Source: Selaginella moellendorffii (lineage: Eukaryota > Plantae > Lycopodiophyta). From it: DNA of 64,000 nt. The DNA is taken from positions 186,001-250,000 of the forward strand of contig NW_003314377.1 of assembly GCF_000143415.4 (NCBI RefSeq), written 5' to 3'. The translations under genes were made by a program, and so were the position numbers. Shown here in pieces: positions 35,501-46,787 of this stretch; within the stretch, counting starts at the first letter, position 1; the number at the start of each line of letters is the position of its first letter. The notes under the pieces were generated by a model. It did no database searches. It saw only the letters and a list, made by a program, of their open reading frames with translations, and was not told the origin of the DNA.

Positions 35501-36826
35501 CTTAAGATTGCCGGGGCCAAAGTTTTGATTTTACAGAAACTGTCATTGACGGAAAGCCCATTCTCCAGCTACCTGAAAAGCATGTGACCATGCTACAGGC
35601 GGATTTCAGCAAAGAGGAACGCGAGTTCTACGACAGTTTGGAGCAGCGCTCACGCGATAAGTTTCAGGTATTATGTTCATTCCTGAGTTCTAAACTTTTT
35701 ATTTTGCTTTTGTTCCAGAGCTACCAACGACGTGGGACTGTTCAAAAAAACTACGCGAACATCATGGTTTTGCTCCTGCGCCTGAGACAAGCATGCTGCC
35801 ATCGGTCCCTTGTTCCGGAAGATAAAGAGTCAAAAATCGAAGATGAAGAGTCAAACATCGATGCAAAGGAAAACGTATCCATATGCACAATATGTGAAGT
35901 AAGTGGTAAACGCAGTTGTTTCGTTACTGACGTTTAGTTTGACACTGTCAGGATGCTCCCGAACAGCCTTTTCTTAGCTGCTGTGGTCACGTCTTTTGCT
36001 CCCAGTGCATCTCAGAGAAATTGCTGACAAGCGAGGAATTGGCGGTCAAGTGTCCCGCTCCAGGCTGCTCTTGCACACTAGAGAGCTCTTTGCTGTCTAG
36101 CTTCATGTCCTTGGATTCCAACGGAGGATATGAGTCGTCCTCAAAGATCAATGCCGTCATGGAGCGCCTGATGAATCTTCCCGTGACGAGTCCTGCAGCA
36201 GCCGGGAAGAAAGCTGTTACCGAGAAAGCTCTCGTCTTCTCGCAGTGGACAAGTTTGCTTGATCTGGTCGAGCCTCGTCTAGAAAAGGCCGGCTTGGAAT
36301 TCAGAAGGCTCGACGGCACAATGTCGGTCATGGAGCGGGACGCAGCAGTTTGCGAATTCAACGAAAAGCCCGAGGTACACTCGTAGCATCTGTTTTTCCA
36401 TATTCTAATCTCTCTTTTTCTTTTTTGGTTTTCTCTTGGAGGTGTCTGTGATGCTCATGGGCCTTAAAGTTGGAAGCTTGGGCCTCAACATGGTAGCTGC
36501 GTGCCATGTCCTTCTTCTCGACGTGTGGTGGAATCCCACGGTGGAGGATCAGGCCATCGATCGAGCTCATCGCATCGGACAGACCCGGGACGTTCACGTC
36601 ACGAGGTTCACTGTGAAGAAAACCATTGAGGACCGGATCCTAGCTTTGCAGGTACCAGAAAGCTCTTTCTCTCTGTAGACATCAAGATCACTGTGACTGT
36701 GTTCTATTTGCACAGGAACAAAAGAAGCAAATGGTTTCGTCGGCATTTGGAGACAGTGGGGGGAGGAACAATCGACGGAACCGGCTCACCATGGATGATC
36801 TGCGCTTCCTGTTTACGAGTTATTAA
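32578..36826 (+). CDS. Chimeric gene: degenerate OPRT domain + repeat region + SNF2-RING helicase (RAD5/16 group, CHR27/28-FRG-like)
   Basis: Exon 32578-33252 (OPRT-like) splices in phase 0 to 33315-34406. Downstream exons give LLKHQ-RIALAWM...[41 protein letters not shown], a C3HC4 [35 protein letters not shown] and [10 protein letters not shown]. Confidence 0.85.
33705..34375 (+). repeat. Coding tandem repeats within the chimeric gene
   Basis: A 171-bp unit ([24 protein letters not shown]...MEEVL...RRF..P.SSGS) occurs twice plus a partial third. [20 protein letters not shown] occurs twice. Confidence 0.9.
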
Positions 36827-36935
36827 CTTTTCTCTCATGATTTATTAACTTTTCCCGCGACTTTTACTCTGAATTGTATAGCATTAATTCGAAGTTACGT
36901 CTCTATACACTTATTAGGGCTTTGAGGGTGGCGAT

Positions 36936-38200
36936 GTGCCAGTTGACCAAGCAGTGCAAGTGGAAGAAGAGAGCGGCTTCTTCTCCAGCACACATGTCCA
37001 ATTGGAGCCGTGGCCACATTTTGGAGAGGATTTGGGGGCCTTCATCAATGGGCTGGACAACACGGAGAAGCGGCTATCGACCTTTTTTAGGGAGCGCAAT
37101 CACTTGCTCGTTGCCTCAGAAGAAAGCATAATGCACGCCCTCAACTTCATTGTCCTCCCGGTGGTGGAAGAAATGGCCGAGCAGCTACGCATCCCGTTCC
37201 GGCTGACGGGAGAGCCTACTGGTTTCCCACCCAGGTTGTTGTTGACACAAGCACGGCCTCTTCTCCTTTCTCGTGCGAAGGAGCCTCCAGGAACGAACCA
37301 TCGGGGGTGCATGGCGTCGGACAGGTAGTCGGCCCCTGGAACGTGGAGCTGACCAAAGTGGGGACTGATGACCGCAGGGTTGAATACCACGTCGAGCGTC
37401 TCTTTGGCAGCATGGTGCTGGACGAGACGCGGGTGGGCTACATCTCGAGCTACCACCAGACTGTTTTCTTTCGCAGGACAGATGCCACCAGCAAGCGCCT
37501 CCAGTTCTCTCCCGTGTTCGGGAGGAAAGACGCAACGGTAGGAGCTTTCTTGTTCTTCCTCCACGGTCTAAGCAAGGACTCAAAGCTTGGATTGGGCCGG
37601 GAGCTTTTTCCCTTTGCGTCCACCCGTGCTCCACACTCCTAGGCATCCGTCCCGCACGTCGAAGCCACGCTCGGCTACAAGTGGTGGATGCAAGCAGACT
37701 CGGCGGGATGTCCGTGCCGAGCATACAGGAGCTCGGACTCACGGGCCGCGTCGCGGGCTGGGCCAGTTTCGGGAACGTCTTGGAGGGGTGTTTCAAGAGC
37801 ACTGGGATCAGGATCGTGCTCAAGACGTTTGATCTGCGGTGGGAGGGCGCGGCAGAGGCGTTCGTGCAGGAGCAGAAGGCCTACATTGCTATGCAAGACC
37901 TCTATGGTGTATATACGCCAACTTTCTATGGGGTGGGCAGGCTACGCGGTCTACTTGGCGCTGTCGGATGAGGGCACAAGGAAGCTTGGAGATATCCGGG
38001 TGACGAGGCTCACTCTGGCTGCCTTGAGGTTGGGGCTGTACAAAATCCACACAAGGGGAGTTCTTCATGGGGATCTCAGGAGGCACAACGTGATGATTGC
38101 TCGCGATGGAAGGCCCCGGTTCCTCGACTTCAACTGCTCTAAGATGCAGCCTAACGCTGGGAAATGCTGGAGGAGATGAACCAAGTGCAAGAGCTTCTAG
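36936..38200 (+). pseudogene. CR-type nuclease-like + kinase gene, frameshifted
   Basis: LEPWPHF...SEESIMHAL; RLFGSMVLDETRVGYISSYHQTVFFRR...LQFSP; IVLKTFD...QEQKAYIAMQDLYGVYTPTFYG; IHTRGVLHGDLRRHNVMI...RFLDFN. Split over four ORFs (at least 3 frameshifts). Confidence 0.7.
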
Positions 38201-38306
38201 AGGAGAACAAACTAAAGCAGCCACGTTCGAGTAAAAAAAGGGGGTTTCACTAGTTTCTGGTAAGTTATGATTTTCTAAATCTTTTTCTAGCAACCTAGAG
38301 GCATGG

Positions 38307-38655
38307 CACCTCCACCAAGGCAATGGTACCTGGCCTTCCATAGGCTGGTGTGATGGAAGAGACAGTCGTTGGGGAGGTACTCAGTTAGTAGCAGTTTTGT
38401 TGGAGGAGACCAGTACATTCTTAGTCACTATTTATCAAACTAGAGAGATTCTTACAGCAATTGCCACTCTGCCATCTTGTAAATAGTCCCAGTGGTCCAT
38501 ACCCGGTCACACAGTCCTTGTAGACAATAGTTTTGGTTCCTTCCTGCCAGTTCTCATAGTGCACGGGATGTTTGAGTCGATCTTGCTGATCACACACCTG
38601 CGCTTGAGTCTGGAGAAGGTGCATGTGTAAACGAGCATTTCAGCGGGAGTCTTCC
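38307..38655 (-). pseudogene. Fragment of the LRR-RLK kinase exon
   Basis: [24 protein letters not shown] and MEGQVPLPWWR match 16065-16520. Confidence 0.9.
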
Positions 38656-39052
38656 CTCGTCAATTTATTCTGATGTCCATGATAACCATAGCCTTCAGTG
38701 ACTGCACAGTAGCCTAAATTGTGAGTTTTATAAATGCAAAATTCTTAACTATATTCAATAGAACCTTCTACATGTACATGGGAGGCATATTGACGAGATC
38801 ACAGTACCATGATAAAGAGAAAAGGAGAAGGGATATATGACTTACCTGTTTCCCAAAGACAAATTATAATAATAAAAGATAGAAAAAGAATACTGTATTG
38901 TCTTTCATCCTGTTTGAGACCGGACATCCTACTACAGTTCTGCGGTCAAGGAACAGTTGCGAAGTTCTAGAAGAGTCCACATAACGCTAAATTTGAAGTC
39001 TCAGCACAATTTGTATTTAAGCTGGAATAAACTTGAATACAATCCCACATCA

Positions 39053-39457
39053 ATGGCATACTATTTAGTAATCTGTTCTCTGGCTGTGCTTTCAGCTGTG
39101 GTACTTGAACAATCTCAAGTCTGTTCCCAAGGTAAATACCAAAGATTTTAAGAGAAATTAACTTATATATATATATATATAGATTTGCAAGCAATTGTAC
39201 AACGCATATGTCACGAATGTGCTGCAATAAACACTGGAAGAGCATGTGATTTATGCAGTGTTGTCAAAGGGCCTTCAAATGTGGAAATAGAGTGTTCCGA
39301 GCATTGCTATCATCGAGACAGTTGTAAGCCTTGTGATACTTATAATCAAGCCACGAACATCAGCTTCTGCAAGAAAATTTGTGGTGAAAATTATCTGAAA
39401 AACTTTAAATTGTGCAAGTATTGCCCAGCTGATGCCCCAACTCCAGAACCATATTAA
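39053..39457 (+). CDS. Small secreted cysteine-rich protein (117 aa; exons 39053-39131, 39183-39457)
   Basis: Hydrophobic signal MAYYLVICSLAVLSAVVL, a phase-1 GT-AG intron containing (AT)n, and 12 paired Cys in exon 2. Confidence 0.72.
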
Positions 39458-40719
39458 AGCTTTATAAATATTTGAGCTTCATATGCTTAATCAAATTGTC
39501 AAAGTTGTTCTCATACATTTGCTTTTCAGAAGAAAGGTACGACTCTTGGAGCATTCCTTTGTCGAAATTCACAATGAGCTGTAGATCTTCCAAGACATTT
39601 CCATCTTCCTTGCCTGTGAAGCTCAAGGCTGGGGAGTTTCTTCCTTGGCAGAACCCCATCCCGGAATTTGGAGTTAGGTGGAGGAATGGATGTTCTCTTG
39701 GATATCGCGGCTGTGTTTAATCGCCTCACCTCTTCCAGGATGCTGTATGCCGGGAATAAGATCCACCGTGTACAGCCTCAACCTGTTGGTGAGATGATCA
39801 ATTGTAGACACCACTCAATCACAAGGAAGAGTTTGGTTGCAGCCAAAGAAATGCAGCTATACATTTGTAGTCTCGTAGATTAATTTGTTTGCTAGAACTG
39901 GTTCCAGTGTGGTAGTAGATCATAGACCGATCACTTCTCTAGAACTAATCACTTATACCAGGAGATTCTAGCTTTTCTATGAGATCACTAGATGAAGTTT
40001 GTGGATCTGCTGAATTTTATTTCCTTGGGTGAGAGAGGCTGGCCTCATGCAACCATTTCTCAACCGCAAGTGGCGGGGTTCCAGGAGAGGTTAATTCTCC
40101 TTCTGAACTCATAAAATTTTTGAACGTTTCCAGAACTCAAATACATACCTTGCTTGAGCTAAATAAACTTTAATAAAGCCAACTGAATGTGAGGTTTACA
40201 TTAATTATTTAACCTGAAGTTAGTGTGTAAGGAATATCCCTAGAATATTTAGGCATATTCTATGAGATTTTTAGTTGAACCTGATACACCTAAAATATGC
40301 TTGGATATTCTAAGATATTTTATCATCATGTTTATAAATTATTAACTTTTTAAAAAACATCCTATTATATTTTAAGTTATTACCATCTAATAGTTGTTAT
40401 ACAATAAGATTAATCTTGTATATACTTAGTTATGAATTTTAATAATTTTATGGTGTTCATAGGAACACCTGGAAGCTGGGAATAATCTGAGGCAAACATG
40501 TTTTTGTACCTTTGGAGAAACTCTAACAATTGTGTTGCATATGCAGGGGGGAAGAACACACATAATCAAGATGGGATTTTTGTCACTAATGAGGTGGACT
40601 TTACGAACTCTAGAATTTAGAGCTAGAGGGATCTCACGATCAAAAAGAGTGTGGTTGTTCTCCACTCATAGGATATTTTGAAAGTTGAAAAACTAAAAGC
40701 ATTCCCCAAGGTCCACAGC

Positions 40720-40995
40720 ACATAAGGTCCTTGAGATTATCCTTCTGCACCTAATACTTACTATGAAGTTGACAGACAATGAGTTGTGAGTCCCTGATGA
40801 AAACCATATATTTGAGCTTGTGATCTTTGGCCAATTGCATAACCAAGATCACTACAAGGTACTCAGCCTCATTTGCTAAAGTAGCAAGCTAGATTATTGC
40901 AAAATGAGCCACCTTTGTCTCTGCTAATTCATGAATCCAAACACCAATCCCTATAAATTGGTTCCTTAGACAAAACACCCTGTCAAAGAAAGTTG
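40720..40995 (-). mobile_element. Degenerate RNase HI-like fragment (retroelement relic)
   Basis: The minus strand reads FFD...IGIGVWI...ANEAEYLVVILVMQLAKDHKLKYMVFIRDSQLIVCQL, with stops. This fits the NxAEY and DSQL RNase HI motifs. Confidence 0.65.
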
Positions 40996-41235
40996 TGAAA
41001 GTGGGATGTAAAGCACTTAAGAAACTCACAACTTCACTCTGAGGTGGATGAAAAGATGCTCCTAAAACCCAGTTAAAAGGATTCCATAGTGAAAAATGTG
41101 GAGAAAATTTATGAGCAGTAAAGGTAAGGCTAGAAGTGATTTCACCTTTCTCCTCATTCCACCTAGAATGCTGGAATCAAAAGTTCTAGCAAGAAAATTC
41201 ACCAATTGCACTACATCGTGATTTCACTACATTTA

Positions 41236-41573
41236 GATCAAGCAGCTATAGAGAAAGCCATGGACTTAGTAAATCATTGCAATCACAATAGCTCATCCCT
41301 ATTTCCACTGTGTTCCTCTTGTTAATCATGCTCTTATCATTGTAAAGTGTCACATAACATGTTACCTAGCACAATCCAAAGAAAATGTTGTTGTTAGCAA
41401 ACTGATCAAGTAGCTATGGAGAAAGTGATGGACTTAGTACATCATTGCAATCACAATCCCCAGATTTTTCCACTGTGTTCCTCCTGGTATTGTTCAATCA
41501 AGCTCTTATCGTTGCAAAGTGTCACATAACATGTTACCTAGCACTATCCAAAGAAAACGTTATAGTTAGCAAA
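41236..41573. repeat. About 170-bp tandem duplication
   Basis: GATCAAG.AGCTAT.GAGAAAG..ATGGACTTAGTA.ATCATTGCAATCACAAT...GTGTCACATAACATGTTACCTAGCAC occurs twice. Confidence 0.9.
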
Positions 41574-43404
41574 CCAAATCTATGGGAAGCCAACTGTCAA
41601 GGCTATAAGACCCCTTGTTATTGGTGTCTTCACTTGGATACAGTCACAGAATTGAAATGACCGGCACTTGTATTGCAAACAGCCATACGCAAGCAAGGGG
41701 CCAGAGAACTATATTCAATAGAACCTTCATATTGATTGTTTGCCAAAAGTCAAATTATAATAATAAAAGATAGAAAAAGAATACTGTTTGGGATTGGTGT
41801 TTCAAGCTGAAATTGGGACAGTAAACACCAATCGAAAAGTTGAAGCAATTGGCAAGGGAACATAGAGTACGTTGACGATCTGAGCACCCATCACAACGCG
41901 GTTTTAAAGGAGTACGATCAGGAGCTGTCGAACGTGATGAAGATGACACTGGGAAGAAGCACATATTTTATGTTTCCTTCTCGTGCTCACTTTGCTGTGT
42001 TGATTTGTTTGTCTTTGGAGCTACGTGTCGCTGAGGAGATGTTTTCCGAATCCACGACGGAGCGCTCTGTCTCTCTTCTGTTCCTTCTTGCAGTCTATGT
42101 AGGCGCGTATATCGAGAGCTCGTTGCGTTCAGTGTGGCGCTCCTGGCAGCGGCGCTTCTCATTTTGCCAAAGACCAAATTCCCAATCGTCCTTGGCTGGG
42201 AGGCTGACGAATCTCCAAATATCCCATCAACATTGCCACAACATCACTCATCGTTGGCCGATATTAACGAAGACTTTTGTCCTTGTTATTTAGCGTGAAT
42301 CGTAAGAGATTTTATTCGTAAGTGTTGGACAATTTTCAGACATTGTTTTGGTCAAGCAAGTCACTTTTAGCAAACTACCCATAAAACAGTTTACACTTTA
42401 TTCAACTTTGGCAATTTGCAAGCATGGTGCTTTCCTTTACTCTTGGATGGATTCTAGCCGTGGGCGTAGCTTCTTTAGCCGCATAGATCGATACCACATG
42501 GTTGCTTCGGCGAGTTCGTCCTCCATGTCACCTCTAAACTTGGGTCTCTCTTCGTCATGCGCACTCCACTTTGGAGACGAGTTGAAGAATAGCTTGTAAA
42601 TCACTCGCCACAATAATCCCCACATACTTTTCACAAATTTCCTTCGATAGGGTTCTTTAGTGCGACACTTTATATAGCCAGAAACAACCTTTTGCTAAAG
42701 ACTTAATAATGCAAAATACCTTTTCTCTTTTCAAAAAACTCCCTTTCAAAAACTGAAGAATGTGAAATAACTAAAATAACATAAAGTTTTTGATTGGACC
42801 CTTGGACACTTAACCTGTTAGTCATTATCCTTGGCAACCGACTTCTGTTTAGCACACCTGCCTTCAACTCGACCAAGAGCAGCGTAGAAGACGCTAAGGC
42901 CTCAGTTGTTCATAGTCTCTGGCCTGCAACGGCTTCCATATCTGTCCACAATGATAATCGTCTAATCGTCTATGCTGTTTTTATCCACTCCATAGGGTGA
43001 TGCGACAAATGCCAAAGGTGCCTCTTTCATGGTGAATGGCTGCAAGGATGACACTATCGTTCTACAGTATTTTCTTGGCATATAAGCTGACCTTCGTCCT
43101 TTATCAATATTTAGGAAGAGGGCTTGAAAAGAGAGAAATTGAGAATGTAAGTTTTTTAATTGCATATTGTAGATGTTGTGTATATGCACCCGTGACGGTA
43201 CTATCTTGGCTGCTGCAGGCCGAGAGTTCTCACAACCCTTCACAAGGTGTGCGAGGCCGTTTTTTATCTTAAAATACGATTTGCATTTATCTGGCGCTGT
43301 GTTGGGAGAGATGGCCAGAATGATAGTGTGGAGTTCGTGCATTTTTGTGCTCGTGTGTGCAGTTTGTGGCAGGCAGAAAACCAATGGTTGACAATTATAC
43401 TGGT

Positions 43405-46045
43405 GGTGGGTGCAAATTAAATCAGTTTGTTTCCAGAGTGATCTGGGAGGCTCGCCAAGTGGAACAAATGTTCAGATTAAAATGCATGTGAGAAAAGCCG
43501 CTGCAAAAAGGATATGTAAAGTGTTTGTACTAACTTTATGAGAGCATCGACCAGGTGCTGGGATTAATACATATGTTGATGTCTAAATCTACTTTAATTT
43601 GTTACTAGCACAAGAATGCACTTGTGAGCCAGACAATTGCAACCAAATCTTTCACAGCTTTGATAGAAAAGGAGAGGCATGCTTTCTTTGCAGGTCTTGA
43701 AAGCAAGGCAAAGGAGGAAGGTGGGACGCAGTTGCAGTTTTGAGAATTAGCAATGTCCTGAATGTGAACCCTCTTCCGAATGTGTCTAGGGAGGGTTGGT
43801 TTTAAATAATATATTGAAAGTATTTGTTAAAAATATATATAATGGTCAAAAAAATATTTGAGTTACTTGATTAAAAATTGAAAGTGATGTTTTTCTTGTG
43901 TTGGTAAAGTCATGATAAAGTTTAAATTATTTCCAGAATAAAAGTTATTATAGTAATGAGAAAATAAAAAATTTAATTTAATTACAATTCTAGATAATTT
44001 TATAAAAATAAGTTCCAATTTAAGTTAAGAATTACCTCAAGAAGTGTACTCAAATTTTGTAATACTTCTATCAAAAGTTCCATATATATTTCTTTGAGTT
44101 GTTGTTAAATTTTCAGAAAAATACTTATCTTCATTCTCTGGAAATTTTAACTAAAATCACATTATTCTTGTTTTATAAGTTCTAATTATTTACCCCGAGT
44201 GGTGTTCTGAAGGCACTGTTCCTTATACTCAATTGATTAGTTTACGACCTCTTCCTCTTTATTCCACAGCTCCTTTTTAAAATGAAGGATGGATAATAAA
44301 GAAACTCAAATAAATATAGAAAGGTAATTTTATATATTTATAAATGTTTTTAAATATTAAAATTTTAAAGATGTGAGTGAGTATACCTTTTATGAGATTT
44401 GTTTGCAAGTAAGAATAATAAATAAATCCACTTTAATTTCTTCAAAATAGTTATACTATCCAGAATTTTAAATAAGTTGAATTTTCTTTTAACTTATTTA
44501 TCAATTTACTTTTTTCTTTTGCTATAATGATTTTCATTCTTTGATGTAAGAAGGATTATAAATCCATGTAATGCTATTATAAATGTTTATTTTAGAGATT
44601 GTTACTCTAACCAATATGCCATACAATGAGTTATTCTCTTTTATTTTGGCCATGCTAAATAAATAAAGAAACTTATAGCCAATATAGTAAAGAGTACTAA
44701 AGTTATAAGTGTTGTTATATTTATGCTTTTATAGGGTTAAAACTTTTACTATTTTATAATAGATGTCAATTGCTTTTTACTGTATAAATTTAGTTATTGC
44801 TAAGTTTGTTTTGTGACTCCAAAAGTTTGTATTGGAATGAATATGTGTTTGTCATGATAAATTTTTTTCATATGTTATTATAAAGGTTTTAAGTTAATGA
44901 ATAAACTCTTCTTATACCACGACACTACATAGGCAATGTAGAGCACATTATGTCAATCACTAAGTTTTCCATAGAAATTTTGAAAGATATTGAACTCATA
45001 TTTGCTGTCATAGTGGTTTCTCATTAATAATGTCACATTAGGTCCTACCAAATCTTGGGAAATTGCAATTGGAGGGGCACAAACAAATAATGTAGTACAC
45101 TCTCATGCAAATTCAATCTTTTTTTGTTCCCTTGAAATGCCTATATATGAAGATTTTTTATGTTTATCTAAATAAAACAAAAAGTTTATGGAGCTCTATG
45201 GATTAAAGAGGAATAACACTAATGCTATCAATTATTACAAAAGGTATTATATTACTTTTGTCTTGCAAGATGACTATTGACCAAGTTCATTTCAAAAAAG
45301 AGTAAAGACTCTTATATGGATTTCTAACTATTTTCCAATTCTAAAGATTGAAGTTTTGATCTATTTAAAGTAAAACTTTGAAGATTTGCAACAATGGGAT
45401 CAATAAATAAACCTCTTTCAATGAAAAAATGAAAAAGCTTAAGAAATTATTATTGTAGATCTTGAGAATTTGTTAATCATTTAATAACATTCTTGAGAAC
45501 TTGATGAAAAAAGGAATAGCTATGGCTATATAATCTTATTCATTGGAATCCAAAACGGCACTATGTTGGGAAAGATGGTGAGAATAATAGTATGCAATAT
45601 GGAATCACCCATGCCCAAATGCTTGCTAAAGAAATTGATGATATATTTTTGTGCTCTTATGTGTGCAATTTAAGCATTGATAAAGATATCAGTAGCGGGT
45701 GCAAATCAAATTAATTTGTTTTTAAAGAGATCTATGAGGCTTGTCAAATAGAACCAATGTCGAGATCAAAATACATATGAGAAAAACCATTGCAAGAAGG
45801 ATATATCAAGTGTTTGTATTAACTTTATAGGAGTATTGATTAGATATTAGGAATGGTATATATATTGATTTCTAGATTTTGAAGATCTACTTCAATTTGT
45901 TATAAGCATAAGAATGTATATGTGAGCTAGACAACTACAACCAAGTCTCTTACAGCTTTGATAGAAGGAGATGCATGCTTTTCTTTACAAGTCTTGAAAG
46001 TAAGGTAAAGAAAGAGGGTGGGATGTAGTAGTGATTTTGAGGATT
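43405..46045. repeat. Diverged direct repeat pair (about 43405-43750 and about 45695-46045)
   Basis: GGGTGCAAAT.AAAT.A.TTTGTTT...ATGTGAGAAAA.C..TGCAA.A.GGATAT...ACAGCTTTGATAGAA is shared by both copies. Confidence 0.8.
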
Positions 46046-46787
46046 ATCGATGTTATTATTAAATAAGTAGTTCTAGATAATAATGTCAAGCATTTGCATT
46101 TCAATATTTATCTTGTTTGAAATATTGTAGTAGCATGTGTTGTGGCACAAACCTATACCATAGACGCAAGTTTATGATGATAAAGTCTACCATGGCTACA
46201 ACTTATCACGTCCCTCTTCTCAATTTGATTGAAGACCTCTTTGGCCTCTCATAGCCTCCCATAGCACAAATACATTTTCACCAACCTAGTTACAAAACTA
46301 TCCCACTCTAGAGGAAGAGGTGATCACGGAGGAATCCATCGTTAGCAAGGCTATTGGCGATAATGTGGACATGGATCTGCATACCAAAAGAGGTCTAGCA
46401 TATTTGCAATTGGAATTGAAAATGGCAAAGATTGTAGGTAAGCCAATTGAAAAAAAATATTGGGAAAATGAGTTGAGTTACTAGCTTTCAATTTAATCTT
46501 CAATATTATATCAAAAATATTCTATGACTCACCTTTTAGGACACACTACCTATATGTAAATAAAATAAAAGTTATTACATGTGAAAGCATTGAATTATAG
46601 AGATTGATGGACAAGCAAAAGGCTCTTATATGATAGAGTTTAAAAAGGCAAGTATAAAGGACTTAATTCTTGCTGAAAAAGGAGTTGGGCAAGGGAGGCC
46701 AAGCAATTGTCTACTAAATTAAACACAAGAGTGACAATCACATATTTATTTGTAATTTGACTTGAGCATTTAAAAGAGGCCCTTGAT

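Noticed and set aside
41900-43400. Short ORFs in a moderately GC-rich stretch
   Set aside because: Many stops in all frames and no family could be identified.
45150-45520. Possible retrotransposon gag relic
   Set aside because: Too degenerate to support by eye.
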